DNA of 64,000 nt from Callorhinchus milii (GCF_018977255.1 NW_024704749.1:22816001-22880000), one strand, 5' to 3'. Counted from the first letter of the stretch, positions 1 to 13,254 are shown. The notes: generated by a model not told the origin, from the sequence alone. Translations and numbers: made by a program.

Positions 1-213
1 TTTTGCAGAGATAATTTAACAAAGGCTTATTGACAACAAAAGGCACCTGGGGAGCCTCCTGCGATTCTGCTCTCAGAAAGACTGTTTGGACTTGGTTGCT
101 GAGATGATATTGCATGCTTATTGATACGCATATATGCTTGCTTGTCAGGGTTGTTTTTTTTAAATTTTAAACAGCTTAATGGTTGGTTGGCATTTTCAGT
201 ATCTGAATAATCA

Positions 214-578
214 CAATAATAATCCTCGCAATAGATATTAGCGGCTTATTACGTCGTTGGAACTCTCAAAGAGCTTCACAGAATATACGGTAAAGTGCAT
301 TGACTGTATATTTTGTGGGCGAAACTCGGCAGCCAATTGCACTCAGCAGTGTCCCACAAACAGTCATAGACAGAGTGACCAAATTGTTATTATTATTATT
401 TTTTGAAGGGATTATTAAACCTGGAAAAGCGATCTGCCAATCGATAAACAACCGGGTTCCTACTCTATGCTAGGTAAACAGTAAGGAAACTTGCCTAACG
501 TTTCGCCCCGCCTGGGAATCGAACCCGGGTCCTCTCGCTTGCAAGGCGAGTGCTCTAACCACTACGCTACAGGACTCT
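214..578 (-). mobile_element. tRNA-derived SINE, long subfamily, near full length
   Basis: The head on the minus strand, GAGTCCTGTAGCGTAGTGGTTAGAGCACTCGCCTTGCAAGCGAGAGGACCCGGGTTCGATTCCC, has an A box, a B box and a TGC anticodon-like loop (tRNA-Ala-like). Body and (TTA)n tail are shared with many copies in the window. Confidence 0.9.
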
Positions 579-3257
579 ACTCCATGTGAATGTTTCCGGA
601 GTGATGCATATCTTTGCACGTTTCATTTATTAGTCATAACGTGATTTCCGTTTCTCCCCCATTAAGAAGCCAAGCTTTGCCACATTTCAGTTAACAATTT
701 TTGAATCACACAATGCCTGTCTGTCCAATCAGTCCCATCACAAATAAAATGCATCAAGATAGGAGAAAAACAATTGTTTCCATGGCACTGGCCAGTTACA
801 CAGCCCTGACCAGATATTGTGCAATACCTGGGTAAGCTCTGACCTAATTCTCTGTGCTGCCCTCCTGCCACTACAATATAATTGTAACCGAGTTGCTCTG
901 TTGTACTGCAGCTTCTCTGTGTGATTGCAGTATATAATGCTATAACCCTGTCTTTGGGAGCCATCCATAAGGCGCATTCTGGAGAAGGGCTTTTATGGTT
1001 TTCCCTATTAGTGAGGGAGCCATAAACAATATGTGTTATAGAGAGGGGCTTGCGAGTTTTCATTCTTAATGTTTATTGTTCTTCTCTAATGATCTGTCTG
1101 CACTCAGGGTTTTCATTAACCTGAACTGTTTGTTATTTTGTTGGAATGTCATGTTTATTTTACAAGATGGGTTTCGAAAGCTGAGAAACTCTTTGGTGCT
1201 TATCCATAGCAGGGGAGGTGCACAAATGTATGTAGGTTTGTGTGTATAAACAGCACAACCCCATTATTACAGCACTTCATTAGAATACCAATTCAGTTAT
1301 AAAGGTTGTACTGCGGACTTAGGTATTATCAATAATATTCCTTGCATTTCATGTCAGGAGGACGTCTTAAAACTGCTTCACAGAATTTACTGTAAAATTT
1401 GCTGCACATGCACCCTGCTATTATATATATATATATTACATATGTGTTTTGCGTGTATATACTATGGGTGTATATACTTATGTGAGTGAGAGAGGAATGC
1501 CTGTGTGTGAGAGAGAATGTGTTGGTGTGAGCAGTGAGTGTACCATGGGTGATCTGTGGAAGTGATGTATCTGTGTGTAAAGTTGACCACCTGCTTGGAG
1601 ATAAGTTTTGGCTCATTCATTTTAGGTGTACAGCAACTTTGCAAAGATCAGCAACATGCAGCTGAGAATAGAACTTTTAGCTTTAAGTCTGAAATCATTC
1701 ACAACATATAACTCACTTTTCCACCCCACTGTTTAAACTAAGTTTCCCATGATTCGGTGTGTTTTGCAATCCTTGTTCCCTTTCCTAAAATATTCTCAGG
1801 AAGAAATACTCCAAAGGCACATGAAGAGGTTGGATGCGGCAATCGCTAAGCTAGTAATCCTTTCATTCTTTGTTCGGATTAGAATTTCTCATTATAAGAA
1901 GTAATAATTGTTTTCACTTTTCGTGATCGTCGGATTATAAACACTAATGTCTGAATTTGGATGGTATCATTAAACTACTTTTACACCAGTTACTGTTCCA
2001 CCAAGTCTGTGCTTCCACCACCATTAATTCTTGAAGGGAGGTGAACAACAAAATGTTATTGTTTGTGGTTATTGATTGAATTTGATTTCTTGCTGAAATA
2101 CTTCTAAAACCATCTCCAGTTTACAGCACAGTCAATTCCACCTACGTGAATAATTGGTAAGTTATAGCAACACAAGACACACCAGTTAATGGGCACCTTC
2201 TTAATAGGAATATTCATTTCCAGGGAACATTTCCTTTGACACCAAATCATTCTCCTGACGTCAGCAGCATTTGCTTAATGGGATCGTTTGCTTTCAGGAA
2301 ACATTGGCTGCCATTAGCAGGCTTGTGCTGCATTTTGATAGAAAAAATCAAATTTGAAAAAAAATCTTTGCAAACAGAAGTATATCAAGCGCCCACACAC
2401 GCTGCCACTTCAACATACAATTCCATTAAGCAAATACACGTGATTAATGAATAGAATGTAATAGCAATGGGCTCTTCACGTTGAAAGTGAGCCTTTTGCA
2501 GGTGACCTCTCACAAACCTCGGGTGAAACAATAGGAATAATCTAAATTAATTAGCAGACCTCAAGCCAGGTTGTAATTATGTGGCTGAAAGTTCCTCTGG
2601 AGGTTAAGTTGATCATTACGTCAAAAATAGAACAGAATCCATGAATTGTTAATCCATTTAACCCTCAGCCACATTGCTTTAAATATATTATGAGCTGCGA
2701 TACTGATAGGCAGGAATCATCAGCGTCGCCCGGGATCAGTGTTTGTGCCACCTTAACCAACGCAGTCCATCATTGTGAGGTTAGGAGCATACCCAACGCC
2801 CCTGACACCCAGCGAGCACCTTGATAGGTATAAATAGAGGTGACGCCATGGGCAGCCGTAAAATATGATTTATACTTCCACAGCGAGGCTGACGGGAGCG
2901 GCAAAGTCGCAGGTGAGTTATGGCCAGTCTCAAAAGTGAAAATACAAATCACACTTCCGAGCTGCCCATGAAATAGTCGATTCATACTGATTCACACATT
3001 TAACGGATTATATTAAAAACTGTTTTAGTAGGTTTCATAAATATTATTTTCATGGTAAGCATTTTGGCAGGAACAGACCTAGGATCCTGTGCCTTACTCA
3101 GGTCTCCTCACACCTCACCACTTGGAGGGGGATGACCACCATTTTGAAAGAAACAGATTGTCTGCTAAAATTAACCGTTAGTCACAATATGGAAATAAAG
3201 CATGTGTTGACTAAATTTCTACAGCACTGGCAATAAGTACAGCACTATTCTGTACAG

Positions 3258-3527
3258 TAGGTTATGTGTAAACCAGATGTAAACCCAGCTGTATTAAGGC
3301 CACATGTAGACATAGCTGTGTGAGGTGCCATGCAGAGGGATTTCCAGGTGCCCTTAATTATGTCATAAACAAATCAATAATTAGCTGTTAGTCAATTAAT
3401 ACGTTTCAGTTATTGTTAATTACGTAATTATGGGCACCTGTAATTCCCTCTGTACATATGCACCAACACATGGCGTATAATACAGCTGTGTTTACACATG
3501 GTTTACACATGGTGCATACTAGACCTA
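3258..3527. mobile_element. ~270 bp palindromic MITE-like element bounded by TA
   Basis: Arms atgtgtaaaccagatgtaaacccagctgtatta / taatacagctgtgtttacacatggtttacacat and cagagggatttccaggtgcccttaattatgt / acgtaattatgggcacctgtaattccctctg are near reverse complements. Ends are taggt...accta. Confidence 0.7.
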
Positions 3528-3854
3528 ATTGTTCATTAAACAGCACAATTGCATTCTGCTGTAAGGAAGTGAACTACGTGGGTGAATTATTTCTCGCAGT
3601 GCCCAACAATGCACTTACAACAATTCTAAATATTACAAGGAACGCATTGACTCACTGCTGCAACAAGCTGTATTTGGGCCTTAACTGGTCTATCTCATAC
3701 AGGAGGCTGCCACACATACCACACATGAACAGAGGACCTTAGAGGCGAAATCAAAACGGTTTTGATCCCAATAGCTGAATAATTATGACCTAATAAGTAA
3801 CACAGTGTTGTTTAAAGAACAAGATTTGTTTTTATACATATATAAAAATGTACA

Positions 3855-4122
3855 GGAGTCCTGTAGCTCAGTGGTTAGAGCACTTGTCTCGCAAGCGAAA
3901 GACCTGGGTTCGATTTCCGGCAGGACGAAACCTTGATAATCCCTCAAGAAAAAAAAATCAGTAATAAATTGGTCACTTCAATCCATGACTGTTTGTGGGA
4001 CACTGCTGCTGCGTTTTGCCCACAAAATATACAGTCAGTAGATTATGTGAAGTGCTTTGAAACGTCTAGAAGACTTGATAAGGCACTATATCAAATGCAA
4101 GGATTATTATTATTTATTATTA
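3855..4122 (+). mobile_element. tRNA-derived SINE, short (internally deleted) subfamily
   Basis: ggagtcctgtagctcagtggttagagc head, gataatccctcaagaaaa junction, atcaaatgcaaggattattatt tail. Confidence 0.9.
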
Positions 4123-4205
4123 TAGATATATATATTCCCAGACAAAAAAATCTCCAGACATCAATCAGAATGCCAGAATTGCACGTTTAGAAACAAGACA
4201 CCTTA

Positions 4206-4370
<165 letters not shown>

Positions 4371-5809
4371 CTAGTTTTAACATCTCGTGAGAACACATCT
4401 GATAAATGCAGACTAGACTGCAGGAGTGAGCTTTGTTGATTACAGTGCCCTATAGGAGCCTCTGTGTAGCACATATATACGGTGCGTATCATAATCAATG
4501 AGGCTTTGAGGTCAGAAGCTGCATGGGGTGAAGACTACAATCCTGTCAGCAGCTTCTCTCTGGGACACTTCACTCCCTGTGACTACAGAGGCCGGTTGCC
4601 TGCCGAGACGTTTGTTCTGGTGAACTTCAGGATTCGTTCCTCCTGTGCCTCGGGGGGAGGTCGGATGGAGGGTACCTTTGTTTATGCCACCATTCAGAAC
4701 ACTGCATCATCTCCACATTGTACTGTCCCTTTGGTTTTTCTACAATGAATGCTCACTCCAGCATAACACCGATCTCCCTGGAGTAACATTTATCTCTCTA
4801 TTGTACATCCTCTCTTATTGCCTTGTTTACGTTCTCTCTCTCTGTTGAATAAATCATTTTAAAAATGCACATCTGCTCAATTTAACTTGTCTGAAGTTGC
4901 CCATATTCTCTGAAGGCACCTTCTAACTGATTTTAATTATTAGAATTTTCCACACCTGCTGAAGACCCGGAAACTGGTGAGATTACTTCAGCTAACTGTC
5001 TACAGGTGTGAGGTGAGCCACGCTGAGAGGCGGAGGAAGAAATCAGAAGAGCTCCTGCTCTACATCAGTGTGATACAGAGACACAGGCTATCAAAGGCAG
5101 CTACCAGTTTCTCTGCTTTTGCAATCCACCATTCCAAGCAGTGAAGAGGGGGCAGTTGCCTTCAAAAGCCTGAATTGTTATGAGATCATTGGGTTTCTCT
5201 TGTTGCCAGCTGCTGTCCACCAACAACAAACAGGGCCATGATCTCCCCATCTGCACAATCTCAACTTCAGGTGATTTACTGGTCTCTAAATAAAACCTTT
5301 CTCCAAAAAATAAATTCTAATATGGAACAGCTTTTGGAAATCCTGTCAAGTAACTCACAATGTGACGGAAATTTTAAAAATGTAGCATAATCTCAGATCT
5401 GAAACTGTTTATGAAGTGGTTCACTTTGAAGCATTAAACATTGAAATGCAATTATAAATTATGCTACAGGTGACTGACCAGGAATGTGAATGGGGGACAC
5501 AGTACACAGGCAACACACAGAAAACAGCCTGCACTGTGTCCCAATCCAGGTAACTCAATGCTCTATAAGTAGCGGATTTAGTTTTTCCTATTTTACATCA
5601 CATTATTTTAAAAAGTTATAATTTATAATACTATTCTGGAGTTCCTTCTCACTGAAGAAAAGAAGACTTATATTGACATTTTCAAGTTACTAAAGAGTAG
5701 CAACTATTTAATAGTCAAAACTCTATTCGTGGAGGCAGATTGATGAGAAATTCAAGAGAAATCTGGATAGTTATTCTAAAAATAAATTTATTTTTCTCAT
5801 GGGGAAGAT

Positions 5810-5992
5810 ATAATAATAATAATCCTTGCACTTGATATAGCTAGTGACTTAACATGTCGATGAGATGTTTCAAAGCGTTTCACAGAATATACTGTAAAAA
5901 AATAGTGATTGTATTTTGTGGGCGAAACGCAGCAGCCAATTGCGCACATTAACTTCCCACAAACAGTCGTGGATTGAGTGACTAAATTATTA
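5810..5992 (-). mobile_element. tRNA-SINE 3' half
   Basis: taataataatccttgcacttgatatagc...cccacaaacagtcgtggattgagtgac matches the family. Confidence 0.85.
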
Positions 5993-6144
5993 CTATTTGT
6001 AATATTTAAATTATTTCCAGCAATGATTATGAGAGCTAGTTACTTCAAAGCATGGTCATTGTTCAGCCAATCTTAGCCAGCTACATCCCCTGAAGAGCAA
6101 TGAGAAGAATTACAAAATTTAATCAGATTTTTATGGTTAATTTG

Positions 6145-6275
6145 AATGAGGAGGGAATATTGGCCAATACACAGGAAGATCTATCTGCTCTTCTTCAAAA
6201 TAGTGGTTATTAAAATCTTTTAACATCCAGATGAAACAGCAGAACACCCATTCCAAAGTCATGTTGCCAAGGACT
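6145..6275 (-). mobile_element. Decayed Deu-domain SINE (AmnSINE1/SacSINE1-like) fragment
   Basis: gggaatattggccaatacacaggaagatctatctgctcttcttcaaaatagtg...tcttttaacatcca resembles the reverse-complemented Deu core as I recall it. Confidence 0.55.
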
Positions 6276-7519
6276 GTAAATTTATGGACCTGAGGAGAAT
6301 ATGATGTTCTCACCCGCCAAGCTCTCTAAATTTACAGACGTCTGTGGAATTAACCCCAAATGAGCACAATGAGAAAACGCCTTGTACCAAGTTTGGAGAG
6401 AATCCAAAAAGTCTTTTTACTGAGACAGCATCTTTATTCTGCAAGACACAAATCTTTACTGATGCACTGAAGCTTCCCACAAAGCCCATTTTCAATAGGA
6501 ACCTACAGGCTTATGAGTGGAGTTCATTTATCATGGTTGGTGAAAAATCCAATCATTTTTAATGGGGTAATGTTGGCCTGCACACCGCATTACCAGGTTT
6601 GTAAACAGAGGTGTGGAATCATACAATAACATCAGACTGGCACTCACGAAATCTGTGCAGAAAAATTTTGATCTCAGTGGCTTATACAGCAGGAAATTTC
6701 ACATCTAACGTTGTGCAATTTCTCCCGGTGGTAAATATGGCTGCTTGGAAGAAGAGTCTTTCGAGAAGGCAGTTTCAGGAACTGCGGTCTCCTGCAAACT
6801 ACAACAATGTGAGAGTGTGACAATGCCTCATTAGGTGATCGAGGTTTCACATCACACGGGACACACAGGCCATTTCCCATTGTCAGAAATCCCCGGTCTC
6901 TGATGAGAGGACATCCATCACCAAACCCTTGGACACACTAGAGAGCTCTTGTTATTTGTCAAATATAAAACTATTTCTCATCCACAGGCATAATAGGGAA
7001 ACTTTCATTCTCTTTCACCAATCGTCACTATTAAATGAACGTTAACTGTTCAATATATTACCTACAACTGAAATGCTTTAGCAGCCATTAATATCATCAC
7101 AGTTCCTTAAAATTAAAATTCTATCTCAAAATAAACACACACAAGGGATCCCGAGATTCCTGGGCTGTAGAGATTGAAAATATCTGATCAGATATCTGTG
7201 CTCTGAGACGCTACCTTGCGCTATATTAAGTGTAAATTGTTGTTGTTGTTGGGTAACCTGTCAAAACGTCTCAGTGCACATCACGCAAGTTACTTGAAGT
7301 GTAGTATAGCGACTGCTATTCAGATAAATTGCAAATCATTTCACTTTCTTTTGTCTCAGAAGACAAGGGCTCTGCTTCTGAAAATTGTGCCATTGAGAAA
7401 TGTTCTGTAACTGTGCCATTCTCCTTAGATCGGTAGATAAGTGCTACCTCCTCTGAGTAGGCACAAGTGCAAAAGTTAAAAATAGCGAGTGAAAGAGTGA
7501 TTGCAAAGTTAAAGGTTCA

Positions 7520-7771
<252 letters not shown>

Positions 7772-7835
7772 TTAAATACACACTCAAGTCATTTCATTGC
7801 AACTCCTCTGCTATAAAGGACTAGATAATAGCTAT

Positions 7836-7996
7836 AACTGCTGTGTGCAATTGGCTGCTGCGTTTCGCCCACAAAATATGCAGTCAATTCACTTTACAGT
7901 GTGTTCTGTGAAGCGCTTTGGGACGTCCTCCCGACGTGAAAAGCGCTATTTCAAATGCAAGGATTATTATATCAAATGCAAGGATTATTATTATTT
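7836..7996 (+). mobile_element. tRNA-SINE 3' half with an L2-type stem-loop and a duplicated tail
   Basis: ctgctgtgtgcaattggctgc...gggacgtcctcccgacgtgaaaagcgctat, then tcaaatgcaaggattatta twice. Confidence 0.85.
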
Positions 7997-8827
7997 TAAG
8001 TGTTACTCCGTGCTGCTTCTGACTAACAAAGAGAATAAAATAGAGGCTGTGGTTTCTGGAATGGGATTGTGGTGTGCTGGTAATATCGTTATTCGAAATC
8101 TACTCACACAGTGAGCAAAGCCCTCTTTTCAAGCAACTATCTTCCCTTTTGAAAGAATGTATGGACTCTGCTTTGTACACAATTTACAATGGTGGGGGGG
8201 GGGTGTTGTTTGCCATACATTGAATCCACTAATTCTACACATATTCACATAAACTACCAGCTATATTTGAACAGAATTGTTTGAAAGGGAACTGGAGCCT
8301 TATAATCTATCAGTGTGCTGTAAGAGGCAGAGCTTCCCCCTAGAGTGCTCTGGGCAGCATCAAAATGAAGATAATTTCACTTCATATAAACCGGCACCCG
8401 AGAATGAAAATGCAAAGATGAGGACAGGAATAACCAACACAATTTTTCTACATTCCTTCTGGCGGTGCAATACCATTGAGTACTGAAAGCTAGTACTGTA
8501 GAAGCTTGAGCAACCTGAAAGCTGGTAAACTGCATGCCTGTTATAGATACAGCCAATTCAGTGCAACTTTTATATGGAATATACGCAAAAGAGAAGTATA
8601 TATAAAGTGTATTGTAGCCCAAAAATTAAATTCATATCAGCTCAGGGCAACCAAGGTATTTGTTGGGGCACTAAATTTTTAACATCAACTGGGTCATGCT
8701 ACCAAGATGGAACATTCCCTACAACAACCTCCAAGGGCAAAAAGGTGCTGAAAGAATCCTGTTCCTCCCTGAGGTGTGCTAGTGAGAATAGGGCTCAGTG
8801 AACACATACAATCATGTCACTTTAACA

Positions 8828-9041
8828 GTCGATTGGTGGATCGCTCTCCGGGGTAATAACCCCTTAAAAAAAAATTGGGTCACTCAATCTACAACTGTTT
8901 GTGGAATATTGCTGAGTGCAATTGGCTGCCATGTTTCACCCACAAAATATATAGAATATTCTGTGAAAGCTTTGAAACGTCTCAAAAACACGATAAAGTG
9001 CTATATCAAAAGCAAGCATTATTATTATATTATTATTATTG
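8828..9041 (+). mobile_element. tRNA-SINE, 5'-truncated
   Basis: gtcgattggtggatcgc...ggtcactcaatc...gctatatcaaaagcaagcattattatt. Confidence 0.85.
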
Positions 9042-9744
9042 ATGTAAAACCCTACCTTTCTAAAAACAAATTTACACACAAGCTAATGTATGAAGTTGAT
9101 TCTGATATTAATGGTTCTGTAGTAACATTGCTCTGGTCACAGCAGAACAAGCTCAGTTTGCTGTTTGCATACAAAGAATTGTGAGAAAGTAGTTTGCACT
9201 GGCCCAGAAGATCAGAAATGCAATATTTCAGATCAAGATGTTTGAAAATGAGATAGGATAGGTAAGAGGCAAGTAAGGATATGGAGAAAAAGCAGGGAAA
9301 CAAGATTAAAAAGATAGAGAGCTGCCTTGACCTAATAAAGTAGCGGAGTGGGCTCAATGAACCGAGTGGCCTACTCTGTGCTTATATTTGGGAGCTCTTT
9401 CGCAACTGCCAATGGGTTTACATTTTATTTCTAAAAAGAATGAAATTCTCCTCCCCCTTAAGCTTTTAATAGTCACCAAGGAGGCGCTAAACTGGTAAGT
9501 GATGTACTGCTGTACTGGCCGAGATAGGAGCAAGAGAGCTTGGATTAGTTAACATCTATTTTTCTGTCCTTGCTGACTTTGCTACAGTTTATAAAAACAA
9601 GAGAATTAAGTCTGAAGTTGCACCTGGTGAGTTTGGAAATCTACTGGCATTTTTAATTTCCAGCTACCAAAATAAAACAAGAGTTGAATTTCATTTTCAT
9701 TCAATTTTAACAATAAATACAGTGTCCTTCACGTGTGTAGCATC

Positions 9745-10262
9745 TCAACAGTGGTGGAGCTTGATGCTGAGCCAGGAGAATGAGAAAAGAATGGTCATAA
9801 GATCATAAGAATGGTCGAAGAGGAAGGTCTTCAGATCTGATCTGAAGACGGGCAAGGAGGGGGCCAGGTGGAGAGACTGAGGCAACAACAACAAAATTAC
9901 ATTTATAGAGCGCCTTTCATGTCGGGAGGACGTCCCAAAGCCCTGAACAGTCAGGTGTTGGGGCCCGAGCATGGGGGAGGGGTGGTGTAGGGGTGAGGGA
10001 AGGCAGAGAGGTGGGAAGGCGACCAAAGACACGGTCGAAGAGAAGAGGCAGCAAGTGCCAAAGCTTCAGGGCGTACTCACTGAAGGTATGGCTGCTGTCA
10101 GTGGAGTGGAGAAGATCAGTGAGGTGTAAAAGGCCGGAGCCAGTTGAATGAAGAGGGTGGGTAGTGGAGTGGGGTGAAAGCAAGTCAGAGAGGTACAGAG
10201 GTGCTATGGCATAAATTGATTTGTAAGAAAATGTGAGGATCTTGAAATCAATCCCAGTTCTT
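9745..10262 (-). mobile_element. L2 LINE 3' fragment with a younger L2 3' end (9885-10044) nested inside it
   Basis: Homologous to the 3' end of the L2 at 15240-17343. An (AAC)n tail and stem-loop start at ~9883, and gaggca is repeated at 9879-9884 and 10045-10050. Confidence 0.8.
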
Positions 10263-11347
10263 ACTATAAACAGAGAGGGAGTTGGGGGGGTTGGGGGGGG
10301 GAAAGACTAATTTGGAAAGCACAGCAATTAAGATCAGAGTAACTGGCATATGAGATTTCCATTGGATAGCCGATCACCCAGAACAATGAATATTTACAGT
10401 GGTGAGAAAGACGAGACATAGGCAAGACAATTATTCCAGGCATAAGAGAATGGGCTTCCCAAACAATAGAGGCACTCGTCATTTAAAACTGCAGACGTAG
10501 GAAGAGATTACACAGAACAGAAATCTAACACAATTTTCATGGGGGTTACTCAAATTTCAGAAAAGTTCTATTACATTAGCTCATCTAGGAATGCAAACTG
10601 TGATTTGCTCTTTGGCATTTCACCAACATTCACAGGCGCATATAGCACTCCTTCAAACCAGCAATTCATGTATGATTAATTAGAATATCTCATTTATACA
10701 GTGCGCACTTTAGCTCATTACGCTAAGTAAAATTTGTTAAGTATTTACATTTAGATAATTAAAGTCTGGATACACCCTTAAGAAACATGTATGCACTTCG
10801 GGCGAAAGCTTTTCCAGAGTACTTATAGTAAATTACCAGTTTAAATTACATCACTGCCTGCCTCAATATGGTCTCACCGACACTACATTTTGTACCAAGG
10901 AGGAGTGTCTTTAAAGCGCCAGCCCTTTTGACTTAGTTTCTTCTGAGGATTTCTACAGATTTAGCAGACATGAATTTATTACTCACCAACACTGCCCCAC
11001 ACGTCTCAAGACATAACACCTTCTTTCCTACAGCATCAGCTCTCTATCTGGTTATGGCCCTGAGTGAAAACCTTCCATAGCAAGATGAGTAACACTGAGT
11101 CACATTTCACTTAAAAAGTCACCCACTGACAGCAACCCTGGCCTTGGTAGTTGTGCTGCCTCCGTAGAGTCACAGTGTTGTCAAGGGCACATTCATAGGC
11201 TGTGTAGCTACAACAATTTAGACTACTTTCAGAGGCTGTGCCGGCCAGCAGCAGACTAACAAGGTTTCACTTGCTGGCCTCAGCCATTCGGATGCTAGTT
11301 ATCTATCTATTGTCCTGCGAACCTTGTTATGCAATAATGAATAACCT

Positions 11348-11620
11348 TAAGCAAGTTTCCTTACTCCACACCTTTGTTTACCTAGCAGTAAATAGGAACC
11401 TGGTTGTTAGTCGATTAGGGTAATAATCCCTAAAACAAAATGGTTACTCAATCCACGACTGTTCGTGGGACACTACCAATTGAACACTGGTGTGCGTAAT
11501 TTGCTGCCGCGTCTCACCCACAAAACACAGTCATTCCACTTTATATTCTGTATAGTGCTTTGAGATATCAAAGGCGTGATAAGGCGCTATATCAAATGCA
11601 AGGAGTATTGTTATTATTTT
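11348..11620 (+). mobile_element. tRNA-SINE lacking its head
   Basis: gcaagtttccttactccacacc...gtttacctagcagta...gctatatcaaatgcaaggagtattgttatt. Confidence 0.85.
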
Positions 11621-11761
11621 AAGCACCAAACCCTCAAGCAAGATTGTGGTACCACTTCTTGAAGTGCTTCTGCATTATTAATGCAGCATTCGGCGTGGAG
11701 TCAACCCACCCTGCTCTCATGCACGGCTTAGCAACTGCTTTAAGAGAAACAAGGTAGAACT

Positions 11762-12160
11762 CTCTGGATAACTCAGGGAGTAAATACACCAGCTGTTGTG
11801 GTTCTGAGCCATACAAATCAGGAAGGTCCCAGGTTGAATCCCTCCTCTGCTGCGAGGTGGCTGATCTCATTTGGAGTGGCAGAAAGTATTTTACCACTGC
11901 TCTCAGGGCCCCAGGCTACAACAGGCAAAAATACAGGGAGGCGGCCCACTCCCGATTGGTAGTCAGTCACCCCTGCTGGAAAGAGCATGTGTGCACACAC
12001 TGGGCATGGATAGGACCAAACCCAGCTGTGATGTCTCACACTGTCAAATAGCTTGACGAAGCTCACACACATGAAACAGAGCAAGCTACATGAGGTGACA
12101 GAGAGCTACCCACAATCACAGTGCTGAGCTCCAAAGCTTCCAGAGAGAAAATTGCGGGAG
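11762..12160 (+). mobile_element. LF-SINE-like element, near full length
   Basis: Collinear blocks match the LF-SINE consensus as I recall it: gtggttctgagccatacaaatcaggaaggtcccaggttgaatccct, gctgatctca, cacccctgctggaaag..catgtgtg, gctgtgatg, tcaaatagc, gctcacacacatgaa, gagaaaattgcggg. Confidence 0.75.
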
Positions 12161-13254
12161 CAAGAGAGAGAAAAGAACAAAACAGTCTCAGTTTTTGAAA
12201 TGGTTCATCTGCTCGCTCACTCTATTAACAAGCTGTGTGACAAGGAACAGCTGACCCTACGTGCTGGCAGTTACTCAAGAAACAGTAATAGGGGGAGAAA
12301 ATAAATCAGCAAAAGCACACCGATTCAATTGCTCTCAAATTGACGAACTAAATTATGAAAAAGAGCTACATGTTGGTTTTTTAAAAAAATGCTTGGAAAA
12401 ATCTCAAGAAACCACTTGCACCTTAAACAGTTCCTATGTCCCTTCTCATCTTTCTCTAAATATATTTCATCAAGTACAAAGTTAGCTCGTAAAACACATC
12501 AACTCCTCATTTCGCTCTCATGATGTGCTGTTTCTTTTTAAAGCATGAGCTCACAATTCACCAACGTTCAGCAACCGGAAAATAATGCCCATTTCTTTTG
12601 ACCATATTTCTATTTAAATTATACATACACTTATGGTGAAGAAGGAGTACTTGGACCCACTTCAGCTGCCATGATGCAATTGGCAACAGGGCAAGGTTGA
12701 GGTGCAGAGCATTTCACAATTATACATGTACAACCCTATTGGTTTCTTTCTGCTCTGTGCTAAAATTGGTTTCGGAGCTCCCAAGTCACCATTAACAGGG
12801 GTTAATTTGCTGGATTTTTTTCTCCAATTTTAACTTTAGGAAAGAGAACTACACTGATGTGAATCCAGCTTCTTTCTGATCTCATCTGCAGCATCATTAA
12901 TTGGGAAAAAATCACAACCAGTTAATCATCAATGCAAACCTGTGTCCTGATGGTCCCTGACGTGCAGTCACTTCTCTGCATCATCACCATCATTCTTACT
13001 GGTGTGGGAGAATAGAGTTTCATTGCAGTGTCAAACAGGATGCTAAATAACTCGCCTTTGGCAGGAGCTATATCATTCCTGAACTTAAATGGATAGGTGT
13101 CAATGCAAACTGGATTCTCACAACGTCTGAATTTCAGCTTTGAGGGTATTGCAACATAACGTGGGAGGAAGAACTGCACTGCCTATGCCACACCAACAAC
13201 AAATTGTATTTATATAGCGCATCAGGAGGACATCCCAACCTCTTTGATATTGGA

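Noticed and set aside
500-578. tRNA-Ala(TGC)-like sequence with A and B boxes
   Set aside because: It is the head of a SINE, continuous with the repeat body and tail, and lacks a proper acceptor stem.
1420-1590. ORFs rich in His/Thr at 1329-1644
   Set aside because: They arise from (TA)n/(TG)n low-complexity sequence.
2865-2875. Isolated PBX-HOX-like site ATGATTTAT
   Set aside because: A single short AT-rich motif is expected by chance in 64 kb.
4482-4860. Plus-strand 88 aa ORF followed by AATAAA, possible antisense exon or solo LTR
   Set aside because: No recognisable protein similarity, no ATG start, and no TG..CA ends or flanking duplication found.
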